A program made the position numbers and the translations under genes. Under the pieces are notes generated by a model. It was not told where the DNA came from. It searched no databases and saw only the letters and a list, made by a program, of their open reading frames with translations. A stretch of 63,125 bases of DNA, filler included, from Reclinomonas americana ATCC 50394 (lineage: Eukaryota), in assembly GCA_048213135.1 (NCBI GenBank). It is 9 parts of 9 records of this genome, joined end to end, with 100 filler letters (N's around TTAATTAATTAA, not from the genome) between each part and the next. Parts side by side here need not be neighbours in the genome. Positions count along the whole stretch, not along the records: positions 1 to 19,738 come from AFZH01019798.1; 8 more parts are not named here. The stretch is one strand, 5' to 3'. Of this stretch, positions 1-12,844 are shown piece by piece; position 1 is the first letter of the stretch, and every line of letters begins with the position of its first letter.

Positions 1-163
<163 letters not shown>

Positions 164-476
164 GAACGAGATGAGGTGAGGCAACAAGACAAGTCACCAA
201 CAACGCGACGCGCCCCGACCTCTGCATCGCGAAACAAAGCCACGCTGTTGACTCGATTGCTGTGGCCCTCCAGTTCCCGCCACAGTGGCCCAAAGTAGTG
301 CTGCACACGCGGCGCACGTCCTTCAGCAGCAGCAGCAGTACCCTGCGACAAAAAATGCAATTCATGCATGATCAGCAACGAGGGAATCGCATGCACACGC
401 ACACATGCAGAGCGAGGGTGCACACACCCGACGAGCGCCATCACTCATTCGCTGACACACAGGCAACACAAACACC

Positions 477-2722
477 GTGTTGCGACTGGCAAATGCAAAC
501 AAGCCCGTCACTGGATCCTCCGACACCGCACCTCCCCCTTCTCCTCCTCCTTCACCACTGCCACCACCAGACAAGTCATCCGCACAGTACACTGCACAAC
601 GAAGCAAAAGTGTGAGTGAGGAAACACACCAAAAAAGAGATAGATGCTGTTGTGCACACGCCTTCCACGTGCTCATCATCGGCAAACGCGACATAGTCGG
701 CGCCTGCAAAGGTGTACCAGTTGGGCGAAGGCAGCAGGCATCGCTGTGCGTGCAGACGCCGCATGACAAAAGTGGAAGGATGGACACTAGTGTCCTGCGT
801 GCTCCTCCTGTCTCTGTCTGTGCCATGTTGGAAGAGTGCGTAAAGGCAGTGGTGGACCGCAGCGCACAGTCGCTGCAGCGATTCACACAGGCCATGCTCA
901 CAAGTTATGAGAGGGAGAGAGGAAGGAGTTTTTTCCGGCACTCACTCACACTCACTGTGTGTGCATGTGCGTATGTGCGCAGGTGCCATGGAGGATCGGC
1001 TGAGGCTGGCAGGCGAATCCGCGCATGTGGATGATCTGCTGCGAGTGCTGCTGAGTGTGTTGTGCAGTGATAGTGTCAGAGGTGGCGGTGGTGGTGACGA
1101 TGATGATCCACGTGTGGCTGCTGCTGTTGCACTGTGGGTGACACTGTATGGTATGCGCGTGCATGTGTTGCTGCATGGTGGTGGCCCAGCTGATCATGTG
1201 CGTGTGTGTGTGTGTGTGCAGAGAACAAGCCAGCGAAATGCGCATTTGCCATGATGAATGGTCCGAGTGCCGTGGTGCGGCTTCTGGAGACCTGCTGCTC
1301 CTCGTCGTCCCCTCGTGCCTCTGTGCTGTTGTCGCCGCTGATGGGAGCCGTGCGTAATGCGATTGCCGCGTGTCACATGGCTGTCGGCGACTTTGTGGAG
1401 GCCGGAGGGCTGGAGGTGACGCTGCGTGTGCTGCGCGAGTCGACGGATGTGGCGGTGCGGGTGCACGCGGCCGCCATTCTTCGCAACCTGACGCACGGTG
1501 CGTGTGTCTTGGCTGCTGTCGTGCGTCCGCCCCTAGAGGGAGACTCACCTTCAGCAGATGACGACGTTCGAGCGTGGTTGTCGGACGTGGACACGGTGTT
1601 TGCCACGCTGCTCGACATGTTGCAGTGTCATCAAGTGGACATTGCACGAGAGGCGGTGTGCGCCGTGCACAATGCTGTCAGCAGCTGCGTGTGGTGGTCT
1701 TTTCTCTCCCTCTTCGTGTGTCGTGCACTGACGTCGCAGCAACCACACAGAAACGCAGCGCAATGCACGCGCGCTGCGTGATCTCGGCATCGAGGACCAC
1801 ATGACTGCTCTCGTGAAGGAGTTCCCCGATCTGGCGCCCTCGGTGGAGAATGCGATGAAGAGTTTCGTGGCGCCGTCGACTGCGAGGTGCTGTTGCAAGT
1901 TTGGTGACCATTTTCTCTGCCGGTGACAGTCATCAACCGGCTAAAGGCGCAGCTGTTCTTCGACCCCGCCAAGAAGGGAACCAATGCACGACTCTCCGGA
2001 GAGAATCTTCACCTCCGTCGCCTGGAGGCGTCACCGTCTCCGTTCATGAACTCGGTAGCCATGATTGCGGAACCGCTCCCAGTTGTGTTATTGTGCCGCA
2101 GCTGGCATGAAAAGAATCGTGAGACCGCTGAATCAATCGCTTACACCACCACTGCTTGTGTTTGTCAAATGCGTAGGAGCTGTGCGAGGCTGATGAGAGC
2201 GGGAATGTGGTTCACGTCGAATTCACGGTGCGAGTGCTCCACATGCAACGCGGTTGGAGTGGTGCTCTGTCAATCGGATTCACCAACGCACCGCCAGACA
2301 CGTTCGAAGTGCCCTCCACTTGCAGTGGTACGATGTTCGCGTGTGCCCTTCAATAGGGCGCTACGTTCCTCACTCCTGCCTGCCTGCACCTCACAGGTGT
2401 TCCCGGTGTCGTCACGTACAGCGATTCTGAAGAACGGGCGATAGGGTCGCTGGTGGGCATCCGGCTGTACGCGGACAATGTGGTGAGGCCAGTGGTGAAC
2501 GGCCAACTGTTGGCGCCAATAGCCAACGAACGAGTGGTGGTAACACGACCTGTGTATGGCGTGGTGGACACGTACGGAAGGTGGGAGACCCGTTCATCTT
2601 TTTCTGCGTGTGCGCAACACGTGCTCTTCTCACTCGCATCCTCACGATTCCACAGATGTCACCACGTTACTCTCGATCTCTCCGACGCGGCCAACCAGCC
2701 ATCGGGGCAGCTTCAGTTGTAG
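477..2722 (+). CDS. Armadillo-like repeat protein with C-terminal Neuralized homology repeat (NHR) domain; spliced, 5' end uncertain
   Basis: ARM-like helices (FVEAGGLEVTLRVL...VRVHAAAILRNLT). Spliced NHR motifs: GTNARLSGENLHLRR, FTVRVLHMQRGWSGALSIGFTN, GSLVGIRLYADNVVRPVVNG, VYGVVDTYGRCHHVTL. Stop TAG ends at 2722. Confidence 0.75.
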
Positions 2723-2801
2723 CAGCCGAGCAGACAAGGAAAAATGCATGCCGATGATGTCGATGCAGCATGTTGTGCTTCGTTTTTTAATTATGGTTAC
2801 A

Positions 2802-5800
2802 TCACCACGGGTGATTGGTGTCACTCGCGAATACCTCCAGTGCTCTCACACTCAAGAGGTTGCGTTGCGATGGCTGCGGAACTGGTATTTGCTGTGGCTG
2901 TTGTTGTTGTTGTTGTTGCTGCTGCTGCTGCGATTGATGGGGGGAGCTCTGGTGCAGCGGTGTGGCAACAAAGGACTGCGGCGATCCAAAGCCCGACATG
3001 CTGATGGGTGACGCTGCGCGACCGCGCACAGATGGTGGTGGCGGTGGCGGCTGCGGCTGTTGCATTTCTGGAGTCTCATAGAGACTCACGACGACTCCGT
3101 TGTCGATGCGACCCGTAAGTAGGTAAGCAGTCTGCGTGTCCGTCTCTTTGATTTGCACCTGCCGTTCCTCGAAGGCATAGTCGGAGCAGACGAGTTCGTA
3201 GGTGGCGGAACTGACTTGCAACTGCATCGGCTCACTGGTGCTTTCCATGCTCGATGCCATGTACACAGTGTCTGGTGCGTGGAGCGAGGTGAGTACAACA
3301 TGGAAATTTTTCGTCTGCGATGATTGGTGTAACTCACCGCCCCACAAGTCCCATTGGAAGCGTTTTCGACCAATCACACCGGCTGTGACCGGCCCGGTGT
3401 GGATGCCCACGCGAACCTGCGTCCAGCGAGAAAAAAACTGTGAGTACACTGTGATTTGTGGCCGCGGTTTGTCTCTTGTTCTCACCGATATGAAGTTCTC
3501 GTACGCAATGGTGATGAACCCGATGGCGGCCTCCACTAGGTTCCTGGCCGCTTCAGCAGCGCTGCCAACGTCACCAGCCTGCAGACCGCTGCACGCCATG
3601 TAACAGTCGCCAATCGTTTTGACCTTGATGACTTCTTGTTCGTCGGCGATTTCGTCAAACATGGAGAACAGCGTGTCGAGCAGTTCGACGAGCTCAATGG
3701 ATGAGATGTTGGAGGACAGCTCGGTGAATCCTGGAGATGAAAGGCATTGAGAAACTCAACAGCGATACGCGGCTCGTGCGACATTACGCGAACACCAACC
3801 AACAATGTCAAGGAACCTATTGGAACAGGGCGCGATGAGTTTCGGGAAGGCGCAAGAGTCGAGCGGGACAACAACAAGAGGAGACGCAACAGCACTGAAG
3901 CATACTCGTGGATTTCAGCAATGGGTCGATCGTTGCCGTGCACTTGCAACTGAACCGCCACTCGGCTCGGAAGAATGTTCAGCAGCAGTTCGTGCGACTT
4001 GAGCTTCTCCTCTTCCAGCTGCTGCTCCCGCTTGAGTTCGTTCGTGCGGTCGTGGAAGAAGCACGTAAATACTGGCGTGGAACCAATGTATCCGAAGTGG
4101 AACGAGATCTGTCACGACGCGCAAACACTGTGAGCAACGTATACAGAGGAGCGACTTCTATACAACTCACCCACACAGGAAACATGCTGAAGCGTGGCTT
4201 CGTGTACTGTACGTGTGGCTGCGTATCAACGTCGTCATTCCACAGCTCTCTCTCCCCGAGAGTGTCCGCATCCAAGACAGACGCATCAGCATCTGAAACA
4301 AACGAATCCCAGTGGATGCATGTCATCTGTGCCGAAAAATCGGCTGTGAGGCAAGTGTCGCCCAGTAAGCTCAACTGCGAACACACGAACCTGTCGCTTG
4401 AATGCTCGAGAAGGCGCACGACTCTTGAGGAATTCCTGGACCTCCAGACGAATTTCGTTCAGGCTGCGCTCGTCAAACACTTGCTTCATCTGGTGACAAC
4501 ATGCAAGCAAGTCAGTCAGGGCTGCTGAGGAAGATTATAGGTAGCACTCTCTCGCACCCCATCGCCCAGCAAGCGCGTCGCAGGCAGTCCAAGCAGCACT
4601 TCGGCTGCCTTGTTGAGCTGTCGAACACAGCCGTGCTCGTCAAACTCCATGAAACCGTCGGCAGCAGTGCTGAGAACTGTCAACATCTTCTGATGCTTCT
4701 CCACCACGGCTTTGGCCAGGTCTTTGCGCAGGGTGTGCGCGTCGTCAGCCACATATGCGTGAATTCGTGGTACCGAGTCGATGACGGCCAGAGGCAGTTG
4801 CAGCAACAGATTTGTCGTGTAGCGCATCTGGCAAGAGAGAGAGAGAAGCTGTCAACTCCAGCGCAACGGAAGAACACCATCTCAAGCAAACACTCACCAT
4901 GTCACTGAGCTCGGCAATGAGGGGACGCCACACAAACCAGAAGAGCAGAAAAAGCAAGCACAGTGCCGCACACAAAGCAACGATGCTGAGTGTCATGTGC
5001 CATGTCGTGGTGTTTTGGTACAGCTGTGTGCGAACAGTGAGCGAGTGTATTCTGAAACTGGCACCACTTGCGAACAGAAAACGCACCACCATGGTCTCGG
5101 CGAGCATCATCTCCGTTTGCTGTTGCTCGAGCATGATAGCGTTAACTGAAAAAGCACGTAAACACGTGCGTGAGTAAAGGTGGCAGATTATGCAGTGTGT
5201 TAGGGGAGAAGAATCACAAACTTAAGGGATTCCACTCCGGCACAGCAAGGAGGTCCGTGCCACGGATCGAACTCCGCTGGAGCAGCGACGATGCCAGTGA
5301 GAAGACGGTGTGGAGTGTGGTATCCAGGTTAGGCAGTGGTGTGCATGGCGACAGGGTGGGCAGCCAGCACTCGCCCACGAATAACTGATGAAAGCACTGT
5401 CAGCAGCACGTGCAGAAAACAATGCCAAACTGAGCGAAGGTACACAGACCCTCTCAAATCCTGGACTGCGGTGCAAGAGGCTCGACGATGGCTCGCCGTT
5501 GCCAAACATCACGCGATCCCACGCCGCCCGCGCTGAGGATAGAGTGGCCGCAGTGCCTTCCCTGTGTGTACATGTAGTGATTGCTTGAGCCCTTCAAGCA
5601 GAAACGAGTATTGCAAATGTCAGAAACAGTGCCACACACCGCACATCAGCTTCCGCCGCTTTCGTATCGTACGCAAGTCGGATAATATCGTTTGCCAGCA
5701 TCGATGTCAGCAAATCGATATGCTGTATCCACTTCAGTGGTCGCCATTGCAGTACGAACGAGACACAATTCACATACCGCAGTTGCCAGAGCGTCACCAC

Positions 5801-8800
5801 TCAGCATCCGTTCGTGAGCGTTGTAGGAGTACACCAAAAGCAGCCACCCAACGAAGCAGGCGGCAACCACTACAACTGTGATCAGCACAGCCCACCGCAG
5901 TTGGCTCCGCAAACTCGACCGAGTTCCGCAGCAACCTGTGCACCCTCGGATCATAAGCTGACATGTCGACAGCGAATGATGGCAGAACCGCACTGACCAT
6001 CCGTAAACACACTTTCGTTGATGTTGGCCTCGAGCTGACCCGCAGAAGCAAATGAAGTTAGCTTGTTGCGAATCCGACGACACACGCGTCGCAACACTGC
6101 GCCGGGGATCTCCGAGAACAGGTCCATGATGCTGCGTTATCATTGTTTTTTGAGCACAATTCTACGCGTACAAAGGAAGATCAAACGCATGCGCGCAACA
6201 TTTCCCTCTCCTGCAGTACTTTGCGGTATACCGGCAGCGTTACGAACACAAGCAGAACACCAAACAGAGCCAGCAGACAAGCGGCAAGAATTCCGATTGT
6301 CATCAGTCTCGAATGAGCTGCACTCAAGACATCCTACAAAAATAAAAGCCGTCAACAATGTAAGCACAGGGTAATGAGCACTCGGTGACAGTCGTTGTAA
6401 TACCGTTCGCGTCGACATTGTTGCATTCAGCACAGCGTGCGTCACCTCGTCCATGTTGTCCATTGAGAAGCGGAACGCCGTGGCGCACGTTGTCGGCTCC
6501 ACTGGTGCTCCTTGCACCAGGCACTAATACCCGACAAAATGAGGAGAGCAGCAAAACCAAGAGACAGGAATGTGTGTGCGACAGCGCACCAAGAGCATGT
6601 TGCTGTACACCACGGACAGCTCGGCGAGAAATGAATACAAGGTGCTCGATGTCGTGACTGACGCGTGGTCACGCACGCTTCCTGCAGCGTGTGTAACGAC
6701 GACTGGAATGTCAAGGATGATTCGAGCCGTATCAGGCGAGTACATGTACTGTCGCCACGATTGTATCATGCTGAACAACTGCACACAATTTTTTCAGTTG
6801 CACAACATCAGTGGCGGTAGCATCAAGAGCGAAGTGCGCAACTCGATCGCCAGACGCGGCCACGTAGACCCCAAACGATTTCACTACAGTCGATGCGGTA
6901 TCAATCGCCCCACTGGCCAGAGTGGCCACACTGCCGACAAGGTTGGAGTACAAGCCTACCGGAGAGTGAGACGTGTCGACAATGCTTTACCCCAATTACA
7001 CGGGTGCCCCACTCACCAAGGCGACCATAAGCATTCCACGTGTACATCCACAAGAAGTTTGCGTAGTGTGCAGGAACAATCTTGACCTGCGTGGCTGTGA
7101 TCTCGATGGCAAGGCACAGCTCCTTGTTCACCGACGAGTAAGCCACAACAAAGACCACGACAGCCGCTACCAGAGCGACCAACAGAGGACCGAGCTGCAC
7201 ACAGCGATGAGATCGTCTGTCTGTTGGTGCACATGATACTCGCAGCACCCTCACGCATACCGTGTACAACAGCAGACGCAGGCGAGCAGTGTTGACTTTT
7301 GAGAGCAGGCGGTTCCTCAGATCCACCTGCTGCATCTGGTCGCGCTGCGCAGCCAGCACGGCCGGCATCAGTGCAGTTGCGCCTTGCCGGTTCTGCGGCC
7401 CCACAAGGTGCACGTGAGTGAGTATATATCATTAATGTCAACAGTCCCTGGCACTACTGGTAACCGACGCAACTCGCTGTGTCGCAAACGACCACGGAGC
7501 AGCATTGCCTGCGGATCCGTACATGTTGCTGTTGCCACGACTGCCTTGGCGGTAGTGTCTGCCATGAGCCTCGCCGTAGTCGGCGTCGGCAAACAGTTCT
7601 CTGGCGCCAGAGTCACGACCGAGCCCAGTAGACACAGAAGCACTGGTGTCAATGTCAAGCGCTCCGTCACCACGGCCGCCAGCACTGCCGATACCACCGG
7701 CGGCACCAGTACCGCTGCCCATATTTCTGCGAAGCCCTTGAACGGCAAGCGGCGACAGCTCGTCGGAGTCGGAGTCGGAGTCGGATGATTCATCATCACT
7801 CGTCACACTGGTGTTCTCGCCGTCGGCATTGAATGCGGCAGATGGTGAGTGCAGAAGCAGACTGTTGATGCGGGGGCTCACAGTAGGCATGCTCTTGAGC
7901 GAGGAGGAGCGTGCAGGGACTGCCACAAATGTGTCGACAATGCTGCGACCGGACTCGCGGCGACTGAGCATCTGCAACGATATCGGTTCCTGCGCAGAGG
8001 CCGGCTGCTGGCTGCCACCGAGGGCCATCTTGTCTCGGATCTGTGTCCACCTCTGCGCTGGGGCACCCTGCATGCGACCGAGGTCAAAACTTGGTCGCCG
8101 CATCGCCGCGTTGTCCACCAATAGACTCCTGCCCCTGTCCCGTTTCATGAGGGTGGTGTGGAGCGGGCTGCTGCTTGCTGCTGCGGTGGTGGTAGTGGCG
8201 GTGGTGGTGGTGGTGACAGTGATAGTGGCATCGGCAGTGGCCATGGTGGCAATTGGGCTGAGCACCCCTCCAGGTGCCGCCAGAAGCGGTGTCGATACGC
8301 CCACTGCCACAGGGCTCTGCTTGCGGCCGCCAACAATGTGCCGACCACTATCCAATGCAATCAGATTGTCGTCGTCTTCGTCCTCGTCTTCGTCCTCGTC
8401 GTCATCGTCGCCATCGTCACCAGCGTGACCCCTGCCCGCCTCGCGAAGGACCTCGGGCAGTCGGTGCAAGTGCTGTGCAAGCCACTTATCGTCGTCGTCG
8501 TCGTCGTCGCATTCGCCACTGATGCCAGCACCACCGCTGTCACCAGTCACACCGTCGATGCAAGCAGCAGCTTGTGGTGGCGACTGAACAGTGGGCGTGG
8601 TCACAGTCAGCGGTGGAACCCACAGGGTGGCCTCCGGCCGTCCTCGGCGAGTTCGTACGGGTGGAAGTACACGTGCTGGCTGCATAGTGCAAACGTCGTC
8701 GTCACCATCACCATTGGCTGCGACCGAAGGTGACAATGCGACTTTGGTGTCGCCGGGGCTGCTCTCGTGGTGGTGCGACTTGTTGTCGTCGGCGTCGACG

Positions 8801-11378
8801 GCAGCTTGGTTGATCGGCGAAGACTGAGGAGTGGACTGCAAGTTCGGCAGCGAGCTGTTCAGCGTGCGAGTCGAGCTCCGCCGCTCACGCGTCGTACCAG
8901 AACAACTGATCACGGCGCAGATGAGTATCACATTCAAGGCGTCTGTTCTCATCAAGTGGGATTGCGTAACTCGCGAGTGAGCACAGATGCGTCGTGCCGA
9001 CTTGCACGCCGAGCGCGTGAGCGTCGCTGCCGTCTTACTTCGACGACGTTTTCGTCCATGTAGTCGGCGTACTGCGCCACTGCGCGTGAAGCGTACACAC
9101 TGCGTGCGCCCGTGCGTCAGACACCACAGTCGCTGCAGTTGTAGTATGGTGTGTGCAGACACGCAACTCGTGTTCAATGTCATCCAGGTACTTGGAATAC
9201 GACCGCAGTACCAGTGACGAGTGTGGAGCATCACGCAGCAGGGAGCGGAACATGCGGCTCAGACGCGTCGAGTTCGTCGCTGTGTCGACGGCGGCAAGTG
9301 TCATGGAGAGTGCATGCGCGACGTACAAGTGCACAAAAAACTCACCAATGTCCTCGACCACATCGTCAAGTCGCTTCTTGTCTGCCGTGCCTGATTCGTC
9401 CGCGCTGAGAGACCAGCACTCGACCATCAGGTGCAACAGCTGTACATGCAGCTGGTTGGCGAGGCTGAGTCGCTGGCCGACGGAAAACTCCAGCGAATTG
9501 TCGGCAGCTGCGGCCTCGAGACTGCGCAGTCGGTACGACAGGATGAAGAAGCGGAAATCGACGGCATTGGTCGGCGGTGCATCGCGCAGCAACTGTGGAA
9601 GCAGGTGAGTCGACGCCGTTCTGCACATACAAGTGCGCGTGTTGTGCGCGCGTGGTACGCAACGGATGCCAGCTGTGCGTCCAACACATGTTGCAGTCGG
9701 CGATCCACGACTTCGTCCAAGTATTGCACTTGCAACAGGCGCAGGGACGCCGACTCCGGGTACTGTAGCAGTGCGTGGTGAAAAATGCATTTCACCATGG
9801 CCATGTCCATGTCTGCCAGTGAGAAGCGGAGGCGCAAACCCAGCTCCTCCTCCGAGCGTGAATCCTCCACAAAGAGCTGACAAAAGGCATTGTTGTATTG
9901 CTCCGCCATGGGTCCGGTTTCTTTTGCTGAGTAGCTATAGTGGTGTTGCGACTCTGCATCCAGCTGCAACGGGCGAGCAGAGCGAACAGTCTGTGCGCGC
10001 ACGGGCCATGAGCGTGATTCACCGATACACGCAGCGCAGTGCGTACGTGTGCTGTCGTCACGAACCGGGACGTACGTGCCCATGGCACTCAACGCCAGTT
10101 GCGACAAGATCACACGCTCACGGATCTTGACCAAAACGGGACCCACCTGCATGCAGCGTGTACAGTGGACTTGTGAGTGGAGCGGAAAAAAGGGCACAAC
10201 AACGTGGGCGATGCAAACGCAACGATGAGTGAAAGCACGATGCTGGCGGCCTGCGCCCACGGCTTCCATGTCGACAGTGCGATGCCCGACAGGAACAAAT
10301 TGGCAAACACCGCCGTGACGAGCATGTTCGCGGCTGTGTGAGCGAATGGCAGCACTCGGAAACTGTACACGGGCGTGATTGTGCGCGGTGAGTACTATTG
10401 TTGCGCTGTGCATATGAGAGAGAGAGAAACTGAGAACGTACCAACGTAGCGTTCCGAACAGGCCAGCGACGATGAGGACAATGCTCTGTGTGTTGTCCGC
10501 GTGTGAGCGGTACAGCTTGCGAGTGACGGCTGCCTGCGTGACACTCACCGCCGCAGTACCCACTGTACCCTGTAGCAGCTGCAGCATACAGCAGGTAGAG
10601 ATAAGCTCGGTGATGAGGAGCACCAACAGCACTCGACTCTCGGTCGGCACGTTGAAGAACCCAGACAGCAACACAGTTCGCCGCTGCATGAACAGGGCGT
10701 ACACGGGCGTGGCGTACAAAGCGAGCGGCACTGAGCCGCACACCAAAATACCCAAGCTCGCCTGCCACACCACGTGCTCACTGTGCAGGGCATTGTAGGC
10801 CACTGCCAGCAACAGCGTGAGTATGAACGGCCACACGGCAAAGACCAGCGGCAGTCCGCCTGCCAGCAGTCGTATGGCCAGATTGTTGCGTAGCTGGCGA
10901 ACTTGTGAGGCTCGGCGCACCGCCGCCACTGTGAGGACAACGCTCGCACAACCGGTCACCAGAACGCTAATACTGAGCGCGAGACACAGATACTTCAAGC
11001 CGTGGCCAGCAAAGTTCTCCACCGTCAAGTCAAAGTACGGCATCAACCACCACGAAGTGAGCAGGAACGAAGCAAACAGGTGCGTGGCCGCGCTGCACGC
11101 CATCAGCCACTGTGGTCGGAGTGCGTGACACACACTGCGCAGCGAGTGGTGATACAGGATGTGGTACCGGTGGGCAAACACAACAAGGAGAAATGGAGAG
11201 GATGATAGCTGGTGTAACGCAACAGTGTCTGTGACCAGATCACATAGGCGAATGCGTGTCGCAGTCTTGGAAGGGTGATCTGCGCTGTCGCAGGATCCTC
11301 ATCGTACCCGGCGGCGCCGGCATTGGTTGTTGCGGTGGCGCGTGATTCGTAGTCGAGCACACCTCCACCACCGCCCAT
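2802..11378 (-). CDS. Large multi-pass membrane protein: TmcB/TmcC-type N-terminal region, PAS domain, signalling helix and class III nucleotide cyclase domain
   Basis: N-terminal TM helices; TmcB-like motifs (ALLQYPESASLRLLQVQYL; RSLLRDAPHSSLVLRSYSKYLDDI); PAS (STAADGFMEFDEHGCVRQLNKAAEVLLG, about 4560-4680); ELLLNILP helix; cyclase motifs SVLFLDIVGFT, KVKTIGDCYM, RVGIHTGPVTAGVIG, WDLWGDTV. Treating it as one gene is an inference from the continuous strand and domain order. Confidence 0.8.
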
Positions 11379-12218
11379 GGCGTGGGAAGCAATGCCTATG
11401 TTGAGGGGAAAGAGTGAGTGGGTGAGTGGTAGTGTGAGAGGAAACGCATTGTTTACAGCAATCAAACACCACCCACACACAGCAGTTGTCTTGGTGGACT
11501 CTCTCCCTCTGTCTATCGCGCGCACGCACACACACACACACTGGTAGGCAACCCAACGTACCTGTTCTGGTTCGAGGGAGCGCCTGCTCCATCTCGCCGC
11601 ACACGTGAAAAATGCGAAAACTCTGACGGTTAGAATTCAGGTGATATCACCAAATGGGGTCACATTGCAGCACCGTTTTGCTGTATCACAATCAGATCGA
11701 GTTCGACGTACTGATGATGGAATGCTGCACCCCTCACTGTGCGATATCGCTTGCTGTGAGACGGAAGCCAGCACACATGTTGTATGATTGCAATTGGTGC
11801 GGCTGTTGCGATATCACCAATTAATTATTGCAATATTCTTTTTTCAGTGATCGCGATCGGTGCTCCACGTGCACTGGTGTGCTCGGTGCTCCACATGCAC
11901 TGGCGTGCACTGTTGGGCACGCGTACGGAAGCCAGTGCGAGGATCCGGATCGTAGCGATCGCAGCGCAAAATAGACTGTTCGAACTGACGATCACGAGTT
12001 CTGGAGTGAAATGCTTCTCCGAGTAAACTTGTGGCCTGATATCGATGTGTCGGATGATCACGTTACAATGCAGCAACAAGCAGCGATCGATATATTTGTG
12101 AGTGGACAGTTCAATTGTTATTGTCCGTGCTCGCGATCGTTGACGCATTCTATCAGCTCACCAGCAGCTGCACTTCCGTTCCCCCTTCAGCAGCATCACA
12201 GCGTTGTGATCTTCAACT
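11379..12218. promoter_or_regulatory. Divergent intergenic/promoter region rich in short palindromes
   Basis: Lies between head-to-head starts at 11378(-) and 12219(+). Contains GGTGATATCACC, GCGATATCGC, GATCGCGATC, GATCCGGATC and a 26-nt tandem duplication (11858-11909). Confidence 0.5.
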
Positions 12219-12804
12219 ATGCCACCAAAAGCCGGAAAGAAGCCGGCACCGCCGGATCCGCCTGGCCCGCCCTCTGCCGAGCAGCTTGACGAGGAACTGC
12301 GGTGAGAAAGAGAAGAAGAAGAAGAAGAAGAAGAAGATGAAGAGAGAGAGAGAGAGAGATGAAGGGAAGGAAGAAGAGAAGGGAGGTACAGAAGAAGAGC
12401 AAGGAAGGAGGAGAGAGTGACAGCAGAGTGTGATTGTGGCACTCACTCTCTTCGCACGCACACAGCTCACTGGTGGTACGTGAGGATGTGCCACAGTACT
12501 GCGCCTCAATCGTCGAAGGTAACGCGAACAAGGCAGAGATGCAGCGTTTTGCTTTTGTAGCACACTCACATGAGCACACGCAGATGTGTGGACACTGGCC
12601 TTGGCCAGCATCACCGATCGCTACTATGACTCGCTGCTGGTGCCACACTTGGTCAAGCAGGTGGCCATGGACATGCTTGACACGATCCAAGTTTCGTTGG
12701 CACACATTCTCTCTCTCCACTCTCTCTCTCATACACACTCCCTCCCTCCCCTCCCTTCCTCCCTCCCTCCCTCCCTCCCTCCTCCTCTCTCTCCTCCTCT
12801 TCTC

Positions 12805-12844
<40 letters not shown>

